Below are positions 17,244 through 27,382 of a stretch of DNA of 64,000 nt, in pieces. The notes under the pieces were generated by a model. That model worked only from the letters and a program-made list of their open reading frames with translations. It was not told the DNA's origin and ran no database searches. The first letter of the stretch is position 1. Every line of letters begins with the position of its first letter. Source of the stretch: Bacillota bacterium (GTDB lineage Bacteria; Bacillota; Clostridia; Tissierellales; MES13); NCBI GenBank assembly GCA_009711765.1, contig VEND01000100.1, positions 1,561 to 65,560 on the forward strand, given 5' to 3'. The position numbers were made by a program, and so were the translations under genes.

Positions 17244-19248
17244 TCTCCACTTCCCCTTTCAAAGGCAAATAAATTTCAAAAGTTGTTCCTTTATCTAGCT
17301 TGCTATTAACCTTTATTTCTCCTCCAGATTTCTCAACTTGATTATATAAAACATATAAACCTAGTCCAGTACCCTTTGATAATCCTTTATTAGTGAAAAA
17401 AGGATCGAATATATTTTCTAAATCACTTTCACTAATCCCTATACCTGTATCACTACATGATATAAAAAGTGAGTTTCCATTTTTTATACACTTAAGTGTT
17501 AACTTTCCTCCATCAGGCATAGCATCTATTGCATTAGAAATTAAATTTATTATAATATGCTTTAAGGATTCTTGATTTATTTCTAAATCTATATCATCAG
17601 AAATAGCTTTAAAATCTATTTTTTGTTTTTCCATTACTTTTCTTTCTAACTGTAAAATGTTATCTACAAAGCTTTTAAGATGAATTTTTTTCTTGTCTGT
17701 TCCTGAAATCCTTGAAAAGTTTAATAAATTATCTATAATATCACTTGCTTTATCTACTGAAGATTCTATAGATTTTATAGCCTTTTTAGTACTATCATCA
17801 ATATTTTTAAATTTCATTTTTAACAGATAAGTATAGTTTCTAATAAGTCCTAAAGGATTTCTTATCTCATGAGCAACCCCTGCTGCTAGTTGTCCTACTG
17901 CAACCATTTTATTTGCTTGCATTAACTTTTTTTCTTGTATCTTTATATTTGTAACATCTTTAACCATTAATAAAACTTTAATTATCTTTTGTTCTTTATC
18001 TTTAAGTGGGAAACTTGATATTTCATAGATTCGATTTTCATACTTGATTTTTTTGTTATATCTTTTTTTATTAATATAAGTATTCTTTATAATATCATGG
18101 ATTTCATTCATATCAATAAAATCTGTATCTTTTTTCCCTATAATATTTTCCCTTTTTTTATTAACAAAATTACAAAAGGCTTTATTAACATTAACTATTT
18201 TATAATCTTTATTAAATACAATCATAAAATGGGTAAGCCCATCAAAAGTCGTCTGTAAATCATTTCTACTCATATATAGTTCTTCAGTTCTTTTTTTCAC
18301 TTCTTTTTTTAAAGTTCTATTCCATGAATAAAAAAGATATGTTATTCCTAAATAAATAATAGCAAATATAGCTGATATTATTACAACTTTTTCAGTCATC
18401 CCCTCATTTGAGATGGGTACAGAAATTCCAAACCATTTCTGTTGTATTTTCTGAATTACTCCTTTCCTTTTTAAATTAAATATTCCTTTATTTATAATCC
18501 GAATAAGTTTTTCCTCAGATTTTGGTACAGCAAATACCACTTCTTTTTCATATAAAGGCTCATTTACTATTTTGGTTTTATCCTCTAAATTAAGTTCATT
18601 TACAAAATAACTTACTACAGGCTCATCCCCTACAACAGCTTTAACTTTACCACTTTTTAAAAGTTTAATTGCTCTTTTTATATCCTTAGTAAATATAAAA
18701 TTTATTTTATCTGATCTCTTTTTTAGAAATTCTATAGCATAATCACCTTTAGGAACCGCCACATTTTCATTTATTAAATCCTTATAATTTTTTATATTAT
18801 CCTCAGATTTTTTTGTTAATATTACTCCCCGTAAATTATAAAAGGGTTTAGAAAAAAGATAATATTTTTCCCTTTCCTTACTTTTAAACATATCACATAT
18901 ATCTGTTTTTCCCTTTGCTAAACTACTTAGTGCCTTTTCCCAAACTAAGGGTTTAATCTCTATAGGCTCACCTATCTCTATAGAAAGTGTTTTTATATAA
19001 TCTACAATGGCTCCTTTATATTGCCCATCTTCATTATCTACATATCTAAGGGGAGGAGCATTTTGATCTGCTCCATAAATAAGACTTCCATGTTCTTTTA
19101 GATAGCTTCTTTCTTCTAATGAAAGGGGTTTTGAATAGGATATATACTGTATTAAATTTATATCATATTTTTTATTTATGTATAGATTTATACTAAGTAA
19201 TATAATAAGTAAAATAAATATTAAAGCTGAAATATATTTTTTCTTCAT
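17233..19248 (-). CDS. sensor histidine kinase with extracytoplasmic amino-acid-binding (SBP_bac_3) domain and PAS domain
   Basis: 671 aa: signal/TM, solute-binding-like domain (PPLRYVDNEDGQYKGAIVDYIK), TM, PAS, H-box HEIRNPL, and HATPase N and G boxes (NAIDAM, DTGIGI, GTGLGL). It overlaps the regulator gene by 11 nt. Confidence 0.9.
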   Translation of the reverse strand: MKKKYISALIFILLIILLSINLYINKKYDINLIQYISYSKPLSLEERSYLKEHGSLIYGADQNAPPLRYVDNEDGQYKGAIVDYIKTLSIEIGEPIEIKPLVWEKALSSLAKGKTDICDMFKSKEREKYYLFSKPFYNLRGVILTKKSEDNIKNYKDLINENVAVPKGDYAIEFLKKRSDKINFIFTKDIKRAIKLLKSGKVKAVVGDEPVVSYFVNELNLEDKTKIVNEPLYEKEVVFAVPKSEEKLIRIINKGIFNLKRKGVIQKIQQKWFGISVPISNEGMTEKVVIISAIFAIIYLGITYLFYSWNRTLKKEVKKRTEELYMSRNDLQTTFDGLTHFMIVFNKDYKIVNVNKAFCNFVNKKRENIIGKKDTDFIDMNEIHDIIKNTYINKKRYNKKIKYENRIYEISSFPLKDKEQKIIKVLLMVKDVTNIKIQEKKLMQANKMVAVGQLAAGVAHEIRNPLGLIRNYTYLLKMKFKNIDDSTKKAIKSIESSVDKASDIIDNLLNFSRISGTDKKKIHLKSFVDNILQLERKVMEKQKIDFKAISDDIDLEINQESLKHIIINLISNAIDAMPDGGKLTLKCIKNGNSLFISCSDTGIGISESDLENIFDPFFTNKGLSKGTGLGLYVLYNQVEKSGGEIKVNSKLDKGTTFEIYLPLKGEVENDK

Positions 19249-19376
19249 TTGTTTTTCTCCTTTATTAGTTTATATAATTAAAGTTTCTAAATAAATTTGT
19301 TTCTTCTTTATATTAACATAAAAAAACCTAAGAATTTAATCCTAGGTTTTAAAAAAATAAAAAATTTTTATTAACT

Positions 19377-20594
19377 TTACTTATTTAATGGTTCTGTTGC
19401 ATCTAAACCTTTAATAACTACTAAATACTGAAAATAATCAGTTGTTACACCTTTCTTTTTAATAGAATATGAATAAGGCCATAATAACTCATCATTAAAT
19501 GGAGAGTTTTCACCATCTAATTTAAATAGTGTAAAATCTTTAATTAAATCAAGTTCATGATTAAAATTATCCATAGCCTTAACTTCATAGGAACCATTAT
19601 TTTTACTCATATACTTACAATCATCATAGGCATATACAATAGATACTATTTTGTCTTTTAATCCTTTACTATCATTCATTAAAGTTGCCATCCATTTTAC
19701 TTCCCTTTGTTCCCTTTGATATATATGCCCATCTCCCCATTGTCCAAAATACTTTTCATCTGGGTCTTCATTATATATTTTTTCAAAGTTTTCATATATT
19801 CTTTTATCCCTAATACTATTAAAATTATCCTTACCATATGCTTCATATCTATAAAGGATATTATTATTTACTAAGTTAAATATAAATAAATCATCTCCTA
19901 AATATTTTTTATACTCTTTTTTATTTTCTTCTATATCTTTTTTTAGTCTCTTAGAAAAATCCTTTAACCCTTCATGATTAACCTTTTTTTCTTGATTCAT
20001 TATAGCTTTAAATTCATTTATCATTTCACTTATTTTTTCCTTTGGTTCTTCTTTTGGTAACACATCATACATGCATCTTAATGCATTAGAAGGTTGATGT
20101 TCAATATCTATACCAACAACCTTTATTTTACTTTCCTTTGGAAGTTTTTTATTATACTCATATAACATTTTCCAATGGTTATAATTATCCTGATTCCATT
20201 CATATGTACCCTTTAATGGTTTATATATATTATCTAAAATTTCTATATCTCCAGTTTCTAAATACTTATTTAAAAAATATCCCATACTATATGAAAGTTC
20301 ACATAAATAATATTTAAAATCTGTTTCCTTTTTAAAATATTTTAAAAACTTTTCTCTAAGTTTCATATTTCCTTTATTTCCATGTCTCTCCCCTGTTAAG
20401 AAAACTCTTTTATTTTCAGTATCTATAATATTAACATCTTCAAAATTATCACTCTCAACATCAACTATAGAATAGTTTTTTTCAAGATAATTATATACTT
20501 CTTTATTTTTAAATTTTAAATCCTTTAAATCAGTTACGCTACACCCTGTTAACATTGTAATAATAATTAAACTTATAAATATTTTTTTAAACAT
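19377..20594 (-). CDS. lipoprotein of unknown function
   Basis: 405 aa with lipobox LTGCS. The weak GExH-like motif FLTGERHGNKGN recalls the ChaN/erythromycin-esterase/Tiki superfamily, but I cannot confirm this by eye. Confidence 0.55.
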   Translation of the reverse strand: MFKKIFISLIIITMLTGCSVTDLKDLKFKNKEVYNYLEKNYSIVDVESDNFEDVNIIDTENKRVFLTGERHGNKGNMKLREKFLKYFKKETDFKYYLCELSYSMGYFLNKYLETGDIEILDNIYKPLKGTYEWNQDNYNHWKMLYEYNKKLPKESKIKVVGIDIEHQPSNALRCMYDVLPKEEPKEKISEMINEFKAIMNQEKKVNHEGLKDFSKRLKKDIEENKKEYKKYLGDDLFIFNLVNNNILYRYEAYGKDNFNSIRDKRIYENFEKIYNEDPDEKYFGQWGDGHIYQREQREVKWMATLMNDSKGLKDKIVSIVYAYDDCKYMSKNNGSYEVKAMDNFNHELDLIKDFTLFKLDGENSPFNDELLWPYSYSIKKKGVTTDYFQYLVVIKGLDATEPLNK

Positions 20595-20826
20595 AAATTA
20601 CCTACTCCCCCTAGTACTTATTTTTAATATATAGACTCTAAACTAATACTTTCTATAATTTCTATGAAATGTAATTATATCCTTCTTTTTATCTGTTATA
20701 TTCTATATAGGTTAAATATTACCTCTACACCTAATTATTAAGAAAATATAACATAATTAGTTTTGTTTGTCTTTAAAGTGTTTAAATCTATATAATAAAG
20801 AAAGGATATAAAATTTATAAATTTTT

Positions 20827-20855
20827 AAAAACTATTTTCCTTACTTGTGCATCTA
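20827..20855 (+). promoter_or_regulatory. candidate ECF-type autoregulated promoter
   Basis: AAAAAC-N17-CATCTA resembles the ECF pattern (G)AAAC-N16/17-CGTCTA. It lies 23 nt upstream of the ECF sigma start codon. Confidence 0.3.
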
Positions 20856-20877
20856 ATACATAGAAGGGAGGCAACGG

Positions 20878-21387
20878 ATGCAAAATTTAATAAAAAAAGC
20901 TAAAAAAGGCGATAAAAAAAGTCTATCAAAGGCAATATTTTTAATAAAAGATGATGCTTATAAAATTGCTTATTGCTATCTACATAATAAAGAAGATAGT
21001 ATGGATGCAGTGGCTAATGCTGTTGAAAAAGCTATATTAAATATAAAAAACATAAAAAAAACTAAGTTTTTTAAAACTTGGTTTATAAGGATTGTTATAA
21101 ATGAATGCAATATGAAATTACGTAAAAGAGAAAAAATAATGAGAATTGATGATTTATCTAAAGAAAAATCCACCAAAAAAACAAATAAAGAGGAGAAAAT
21201 GGATTTAAATAATTCATTAAACAAACTTTCACCTTCTGATAAGTCATTAATATATATGAAATATTATTTAGGTTACACATTAAAAGAAATTTCTGAATTA
21301 ATGGATTTACCCCTATCAACTGTGAAAACAAGAATATATAAAAATTTAAAATTATTAAAAAAAGAATTAGAAATAAAGGAGGTATGA
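20878..21387 (+). CDS. ECF-type RNA polymerase sigma-70 family factor
   Basis: 169 aa with region 2 (DAYKIAYCYLHNKEDSMDAV...FKTWFIRIVINE) and a region 4 HTH (YTLKEISELMDLPLSTVKTRIYKNLKLLK). Confidence 0.85.
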   Translation: MQNLIKKAKKGDKKSLSKAIFLIKDDAYKIAYCYLHNKEDSMDAVANAVEKAILNIKNIKKTKFFKTWFIRIVINECNMKLRKREKIMRIDDLSKEKSTKKTNKEEKMDLNNSLNKLSPSDKSLIYMKYYLGYTLKEISELMDLPLSTVKTRIYKNLKLLKKELEIKEV

Positions 21388-21389
21388 TT

Positions 21390-22643
21390 TTGAGTAAAAA
21401 CAATGAAAAGGAACTTGATGAATATGGTAAGTCTTTATTTGATGATATAGAAGTACCTAAAGAGTTAGATGATAAAATAAAAAAAAGAATAGATAAAACC
21501 CCTATTAAAAAAGATAAAATCTTAAATAAAAGAATAAGTAAAGTATTAGCTGTAGCTATTATATTTATGTTTCTTTTTACAATTGGAGTAAAATATATTA
21601 AAGGCTTTTCAGCCTATGCATCTAATATTCCTATAATAAAAATAGCTGTTGAATGGATTAAAGGAGATAGTGGAACTGAATATGCAAAACAAAATGGTTA
21701 TAAAGAAATTAAAGGGACTGTTATTAATAAAGATGGATATAGACTAACAATTAATAATATTATGTTCGATGAAGATAGATTAGTATTATCAGTAATAGCA
21801 GATGGAGAAAAGGTAAAAAAACTCAAAAGTGAAAAATCTAATCTAACAATTGATATTAAATTTAATGACTTTAAAGAAAAAGGTGGTTTTTTACAAACAA
21901 ATATTAGTAAAGAAAAAATCAAAATAAGGGCTGAAAAAATATTTAAAGATAAAGAAGTAATCACATTTTTAAAAAAGAACCCTAAATACATTACTCTAAA
22001 TGCTAAACTTATGATAAGAAATGATAAAGAAAGTAAGGTGATTAAAGAATTCAATGATATAAAAATACCATTTAAAGAGGAAAATGTTTTATTATCTAAA
22101 AAACATTTTCTAAACAAAGAAATAACTTCTCCCCATGGAGTTATAAATTTTAAAAAATTAACAATAAGTCCTACTAGAATGAAATTAGATGTAAAGTTTG
22201 ATATGGATGAAGGATATTTATTTACAGACTTTGAAAATCTTTATTTACTAGATAGTAAGGGAAATGCTTATAAACCTGAAGGATTAGTTAGTACTAATCC
22301 TAATGAAAATAGTCGTAGTTTTTATTTTGTACCTTCTATATATTTTGAAGAGTTTAAAAAGTTATATATTGTATTTGATGGAGTTTGGATAGGCTCTAAA
22401 GATAATAATATTAATCTTAACATTAAAGACTCTTACCCAAAGAAAATAACATATATGAATAAAGAAATAACATTCAAAAAAGTAATCCACAAAAATGAAA
22501 ATTTAGTTATTACATTGAAGTTACCTAGACGTTTAAGGGTTAATAGTTTAGATATTGATGGCTTTAAAGGAGATAGCTACAAAAGCTTTAGAGAAAACAT
22601 TAATAATAAAAATGAACCTTCTATAAATGAATTTGGATTTTAA
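21390..22643 (+). CDS. membrane-anchored anti-sigma factor candidate (DUF4179-like)
   Basis: Directly coupled to the sigma gene, with a single TM (VLAVAIIFMFLFTIGV) after a short cytoplasmic N-terminus. Start is ambiguous: the ATG at 21384 is 1 nt from AAGGAGG, whereas the TTG at 21390 has 7-nt spacing. Confidence 0.6.
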   Translation: MSKNNEKELDEYGKSLFDDIEVPKELDDKIKKRIDKTPIKKDKILNKRISKVLAVAIIFMFLFTIGVKYIKGFSAYASNIPIIKIAVEWIKGDSGTEYAKQNGYKEIKGTVINKDGYRLTINNIMFDEDRLVLSVIADGEKVKKLKSEKSNLTIDIKFNDFKEKGGFLQTNISKEKIKIRAEKIFKDKEVITFLKKNPKYITLNAKLMIRNDKESKVIKEFNDIKIPFKEENVLLSKKHFLNKEITSPHGVINFKKLTISPTRMKLDVKFDMDEGYLFTDFENLYLLDSKGNAYKPEGLVSTNPNENSRSFYFVPSIYFEEFKKLYIVFDGVWIGSKDNNINLNIKDSYPKKITYMNKEITFKKVIHKNENLVITLKLPRRLRVNSLDIDGFKGDSYKSFRENINNKNEPSINEFGF

Positions 22644-22816
22644 AAAATAGATTTAAAATCCAAATATAATATTACCCTTGATAATTCTGGATATCTTTAT
22701 GATTTACAAAAGAACATAAAAATACCATTAAAATAACTAATAATAAATAAACCTCTTACTTATTGATTATATATATATAAAGATATAAAATGAAAAGTAA
22801 ATGTTTTATATAAGAG

Positions 22817-23200
22817 GTGATTTATCTGAAAAAAATAATATTAATAATACTTGGCTCTATATCGATAGCTTTAGGAATAATAGGTATCTTTTTACCATTA
22901 CTCCCTACAACTCCACTACTTTTATTAGGGGCTAGTTGTTATGTTAAAAGCTCTAATTCACTTTATAATTGGCTTATTAATAATAAATATCTAGGAAGCT
23001 ATATAAAAAATTATAGACTAGGTAGGGGAATTCCTAAAAAAACAAAAATAATTGCAATTTCAACCCTTTGGCTAACTATAGGATATTCAGCTATATTTAT
23101 TGTTCCTTTACTTTTAATTAAAATACTTTTATTTTTTATAGCAATAGGTGTTACAATACATCTATTAACTATACCAACATATAAAAAGACACTTAAGTAA
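22817..23200 (+). CDS. DUF454 (YbaN-family) membrane protein
   Basis: 127 aa; LGIIGIFLPLLPTTPLLLLGASCY is the YbaN hallmark. The exact start is uncertain because the GTG overlaps the RBS-like AAGAGG. Confidence 0.7.
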   Translation: MIYLKKIILIILGSISIALGIIGIFLPLLPTTPLLLLGASCYVKSSNSLYNWLINNKYLGSYIKNYRLGRGIPKKTKIIAISTLWLTIGYSAIFIVPLLLIKILLFFIAIGVTIHLLTIPTYKKTLK

Positions 23201-23220
23201 ATCCTTAAGTGTCTCTTTAT
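23181..23220. terminator. bidirectional terminator between convergent genes
   Basis: GACACTTAAG (23188-23197) / CTTAAGTGTC (23204-23213) hairpin, flanked by an A-run on one side and a T-rich run on the other. Confidence 0.75.
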
Positions 23221-23976
23221 TTATATATCTAATTCAACTGATACAGGACAATGATCACTTCCATAAATATCTGTGTGTATATAAGAATCTATTAAATTAT
23301 CCTTTAATCTTTCAGATACAATAAAATAATCTAATCTCCATCCTGAATTTCTTTCTCTAGCCTTTCTCATATAAGACCACCAACTATATATATCTTCTTT
23401 ATCTGGATAAAAATATCTAAAAGTATCTATGAAACCTGTTTCTAATAAATTTGTCATCTTCTCTCTTTCTTCATCTGAAAAACCTGCATTTTTTCTATTT
23501 GACTTTGGATTTTTTAAATCAATCTCCTTATGGGCAACGTTTAAATCACCACATAAAATAACAGGCTTTTTAGAATCTAAATCCTTTAGATACTCTCTAA
23601 ATAATTTTTCCCATTCCATTCTATAATCTAGTCTTTTTAATCCCCTCTGGGAATTAGGCGTATAAACATTTACTAAGAAAAATTCATCAAATTCTAAAGT
23701 TATTAATCTACCCTCTTTTGAATGTTTCTCAACACCTATTCCATACTGAACATTTAATGGTTTTTTCTTTGTAAAAACAGCTGTACCAGAATATCCTTTC
23801 TTTAAAGCATAATTCCAATATTGATAATATCCTTCTAAATCTAGATCTATTTGTCCAGCTTGTAATTTAATTTCTTGAACAGAAAATATATCTGCATTTA
23901 CTTCATTAAAATAATCTAAAAAACCCTTTCTTACACAGGCTCTTAAGCCATTAACATTCCATGATACTAATTTCAT
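23221..23976 (-). CDS. xth: exodeoxyribonuclease III
   Basis: 251 aa matching the ExoIII/APE1 family: SWNVNG, QEIK, GDLNVAH, SDHCPV. Confidence 0.95.
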   Translation of the reverse strand: MKLVSWNVNGLRACVRKGFLDYFNEVNADIFSVQEIKLQAGQIDLDLEGYYQYWNYALKKGYSGTAVFTKKKPLNVQYGIGVEKHSKEGRLITLEFDEFFLVNVYTPNSQRGLKRLDYRMEWEKLFREYLKDLDSKKPVILCGDLNVAHKEIDLKNPKSNRKNAGFSDEEREKMTNLLETGFIDTFRYFYPDKEDIYSWWSYMRKARERNSGWRLDYFIVSERLKDNLIDSYIHTDIYGSDHCPVSVELDI

Positions 23977-24056
23977 ATTCTCCCTCCATTAATTATCCTT
24001 AGTCTATATATCAATTACCCTTAATATATAATTATAATCTTTAAAACTTAAGGATT

Positions 24057-24953
24057 TTAATTCAATTCTTCAACTAAAATATCCTTCATTTTTTCTATTA
24101 TCCCTGGAGAAGGGACATCTTGATATCCAGTTACTAATAAAGCAAAATTTTCTGCAAGGATTTCCTCTGGTTGTATAGAAGAATCAGTATTTGCACCTAC
24201 TTTATCTAAAAATCCATCTACCTTTACAAAATCTAAACATACAGGTTCATCTTTTTTATATTTAACCCTTAATTTTCCCTCAATATCCTCTAGTACTAGA
24301 AGTTTTAAATCTAATTTTTTTAATATGTCCTTATCATCACTTATATTTTCATAATCATCCTTTAAAAGTATTACAGGTGTAACCTTTACTTTTCTTTCTT
24401 TATGTAGAACTGTTATATAACTATTAATTAAAGGGGCATCGGGATTTGTCATCCTTCTTTTTAAATATTTTTGTGGAAGTTTTATATTATTAACTAGTTT
24501 AAAACCTATAACTTCATATAACTTTTTTCTTAAGTTAAAATTATTTCTTGATATAATATGAAAAAGTTCATGGGCTAAAAACTTTGTTAAACCTAGATTA
24601 TTATAAGACTCAATTCTTCTTTGGGGTAAAAATATTGTATCCATCCTAGTATATGCACTATTAAATTCTTCCCTACCTGTTGTTTTAACTAAATGTATCT
24701 CTTCATCTATACTTAGGCTTAAATCCTTTAATAATCTATTTAATTCATCTAAACTTGTCTTTATTTTTTCCTTTTCTTTCTTTTTCCATGGTAATACATT
24801 ATCCTTTAAGAATTCTTCATATTCATTTTCTCCGATTAATTTATCAGTTCTCATTTTTAATGACCTTTCAAAGTCATTCATATTTTCTAATAATTCATCT
24901 TTTTTAGCTATTACATTTTGTCCTTCTTTTTTATTTAAAAAATTATATATCAT
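24057..24953 (-). CDS. hypothetical cytoplasmic protein with HExxH motif (putative zinc metallopeptidase)
   Basis: 298 aa with no signal peptide. AHELFH is followed by a downstream acidic motif QPEEILAENFA. I do not recognise the family. Confidence 0.4.
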   Translation of the reverse strand: MIYNFLNKKEGQNVIAKKDELLENMNDFERSLKMRTDKLIGENEYEEFLKDNVLPWKKKEKEKIKTSLDELNRLLKDLSLSIDEEIHLVKTTGREEFNSAYTRMDTIFLPQRRIESYNNLGLTKFLAHELFHIISRNNFNLRKKLYEVIGFKLVNNIKLPQKYLKRRMTNPDAPLINSYITVLHKERKVKVTPVILLKDDYENISDDKDILKKLDLKLLVLEDIEGKLRVKYKKDEPVCLDFVKVDGFLDKVGANTDSSIQPEEILAENFALLVTGYQDVPSPGIIEKMKDILVEELN

Positions 24954-25024
24954 ACATAGCCTCCATAACTTTTATAAACTTTATCCTTTTATAAGTATAT
25001 AATAGATTTAAACTAAAATAAAAT

Positions 25025-25052
25025 GAAAAAGAGATAGAATTTAATCTATCTC
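25025..25052 (-). terminator. rho-independent terminator of the MCP gene
   Basis: GAGATAGA/TCTATCTC hairpin (25031-25052) followed by T5 on the minus strand. Confidence 0.75.
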
Positions 25053-25058
25053 CTTAGT

Positions 25059-27116
25059 TTAATCAATTTTAAACTTCTTTGTAGCCTTAGATAACATATC
25101 AATCATTTCATCTAATTGCTGTATAGATGATGCTATTTCTTCTATAGACGCCGTTTGTTCTTGTATTGATGCACTTATTTGTTCGGTGGATGCTGCTGAG
25201 TTTTCAGCTACCCCAGATATATTTTCCATAGTATCAACAACACTTTCATTAGACTTTGTAACATCTTTAATATCAGTATTTAATGAATGTACCTTTCTAG
25301 TTACTAACTTTATTGATTCGTCTAATTTTTTAAATATATCCTCTGTATTATCTAGGGATTTATTTGATTTTATTAACATTTCTCCTGCTATTTTAGTTTC
25401 TGAATTAACATTAACTATAGTGCTATTTATATCTTCTATAATATTTTGAATTTCATTAGATGCATTAGTTGACTGTTCTGCTAATTTTCTAATTTCATCA
25501 GCAACAACAGCAAATCCCTTTCCAGATTCACCAGCACGGGCTGCTTCTATTGCTGCATTTAATGCAAGTAAATTAGTTTGTTCTGATATTTCATTTATTC
25601 TATCTACTATGTTTCCTATTGTCTCAGATTTCTCAGATAAACTACCAACATTTTCATTTACATTAGATGCCACTGAAGTATACTTTTTAAATCCAGTTTT
25701 AAGTTCTTTAACTGAATCTAAACCTTTTTTATTGTTTTGATCCATCAATTCTGTATCATTCATAGTAGTCTTTATTTTTTCATTTATATTTTTTACTTTA
25801 TTTGATAATTCATTTGTTGTATTTAAGGATTTATTAATTTCCTCTGCTTGATTGTTTACCCCTGAGGCAACTTCCTGTACAGTTGTTGATATTTCATCAC
25901 TAGATAGGCTTACTTCCTCAGAAGATTTAGTTATTGAATCTGAAGTATTTTTTAAATTCATAGATGCATCTTGTATATTACCTATAATTGATTTCACATT
26001 TTGAACCATTTTATTAAAGTTATTACTAAGTAATCCTATTTCATCTTTAGTCTTAGTTTTAATATTTACATTTAAGTTTCCTTTAGATATTTCATCTGTA
26101 GCGTTAACGACTTTCATTAAAGGCTTTAATAAAGTATTTAATAAAAACATAAATACTAATAATATTAAAACTACTATTCCGCCGTTTATAGCCATAATCT
26201 TAAATACATTACTCTCCATTGTATCAAGGGCTTTATTTATGGTATCTTTAGCTACGTTTGCATTCTCAAAATATGGTTTTGTGTTTATATTAGAATATAT
26301 AACATAACGAATATTACCATCATATTTTATAGGGTAATACATCTCTGCAACGTCACCTTTTAAATTAATTATACTTTCAGAGGTTTTAAATACCTTCTTT
26401 ATATACTCATTTTCTAATTTTTTACCTTTTTCAATTGAAGACTCTACATTTTTTAGATTTTCAGTTAAAACTAAATTATTACTATCAATTAAATATAATG
26501 ACTTAATTTCATTATTTTCTTTTATAAAATCTTTTAAAGATTTTTCTATTTTTTCAGCATTTAATGCAGATTCTATAACACCTTTATTATCATACCTTGG
26601 TATTGCCATAAACTTAAATATTTCTCCTGTTTCTTCTTTCATTTTAAGTGATGATGGTAAAGCTTTAACATCTCCTGTTACAAGCATCCTATATCCATCC
26701 CAAATATCAAATAAATTTAATCCTACTGACTTTTCTTCTGTTGACAGAGTAAAAAAACCATCTTTATCTGTTAGATATAAATCTGTCATCTCAGTCTTTT
26801 CTTTTATAGATTCTAAATCTTTATTTGTTAGTTCTTTTCCCTTATCAGCTTCTTGTAAAACATAGGCTGCATTTAACATAACATTATCTATTTCTTTTTC
26901 TGTATTTTTAACATAATTAGATATTTTAAAGCAAAGTTCATTTAAAGATTTTTCTACATCTTCTTTAGAATTTTCATTTAGTTTATCCACTGTTATATTA
27001 GTTTTATCCTTAATATTTTCTTTCTGCATAAACATAACAGCTGAAGTTATCATAAGAAGCAAAGCTAAAGAACCTGCTGCAAATATCATAAATTTTTTCT
27101 TTATAGATGTTTTCAT
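25059..27116 (-). CDS. methyl-accepting chemotaxis protein (Cache-type sensor, HAMP)
   Basis: 685 aa with an N-terminal TM, extracytoplasmic domain, second TM and HAMP. Canonical signalling hairpin [39 protein letters not shown]. Confidence 0.95.
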   Translation of the reverse strand: MKTSIKKKFMIFAAGSLALLLMITSAVMFMQKENIKDKTNITVDKLNENSKEDVEKSLNELCFKISNYVKNTEKEIDNVMLNAAYVLQEADKGKELTNKDLESIKEKTEMTDLYLTDKDGFFTLSTEEKSVGLNLFDIWDGYRMLVTGDVKALPSSLKMKEETGEIFKFMAIPRYDNKGVIESALNAEKIEKSLKDFIKENNEIKSLYLIDSNNLVLTENLKNVESSIEKGKKLENEYIKKVFKTSESIINLKGDVAEMYYPIKYDGNIRYVIYSNINTKPYFENANVAKDTINKALDTMESNVFKIMAINGGIVVLILLVFMFLLNTLLKPLMKVVNATDEISKGNLNVNIKTKTKDEIGLLSNNFNKMVQNVKSIIGNIQDASMNLKNTSDSITKSSEEVSLSSDEISTTVQEVASGVNNQAEEINKSLNTTNELSNKVKNINEKIKTTMNDTELMDQNNKKGLDSVKELKTGFKKYTSVASNVNENVGSLSEKSETIGNIVDRINEISEQTNLLALNAAIEAARAGESGKGFAVVADEIRKLAEQSTNASNEIQNIIEDINSTIVNVNSETKIAGEMLIKSNKSLDNTEDIFKKLDESIKLVTRKVHSLNTDIKDVTKSNESVVDTMENISGVAENSAASTEQISASIQEQTASIEEIASSIQQLDEMIDMLSKATKKFKID

Positions 27117-27240
27117 TCCTGTTAGCCCCCTTAGATATTATAGTATTTTCTTTTGAAATTTTACATTGACTTTAAACATTGTTTCCTCTTAAGGTTAGTC
27201 CTATGTAAATCCTATATACACTCCCCCTTTTTCGGGCACG

Positions 27241-27267
27241 CAAAAGACACCTATAAACATATAGGTG
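27241..27267 (-). terminator. riboswitch expression-platform hairpin (candidate intrinsic terminator)
   Basis: Minus strand has a CACCTATA-TGTT-TATAGGTG hairpin followed by TCTTTTG. It lies 15 nt downstream of the aptamer. Confidence 0.5.
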
Positions 27268-27277
27268 CCATAAAAAT

Positions 27278-27358
27278 TAATATGGCAACCTGGCTATCTA
27301 TAACTAGACCCATGGCTTTGCGTCCCTGCCTCACGACAAGTTTGCCTTTTACATTGTA
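27278..27358 (-). promoter_or_regulatory. cyclic-di-GMP-I riboswitch aptamer (GEMM-I), copy 1, in the 5' leader of the MCP gene
   Basis: Minus strand reads AAAGGCAAACTTGTC-GTGA-GGCAGGGACGCAAAGCCATGGGTCTAG...CCAGGTTGCC. It contains the GEMM-I hallmarks GCAAAC, a GNRA-capped helix, GGGACGCAAAGCC and GGTCTA. Confidence 0.85.
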
Positions 27359-27382
27359 TTAAATTTAATATTTCCTCCTCAC

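Noticed and set aside
22631-22665. 13-bp perfect inverted repeat TTTGGATTTTAAA/TTTAAAATCCAAA spanning the anti-sigma gene stop codon
   Set aside because: The stem is almost all A/T and has no following T-run. It may be a weak terminator, but I could not support it as a distinct feature.
27153-27362. 69-aa plus-strand ORF from the ORF track
   Set aside because: It lies entirely within the leader of the minus-strand MCP gene and overlaps the GEMM-I aptamer and its terminator. It has no RBS and its composition comes from the structured RNA, so it is spurious.
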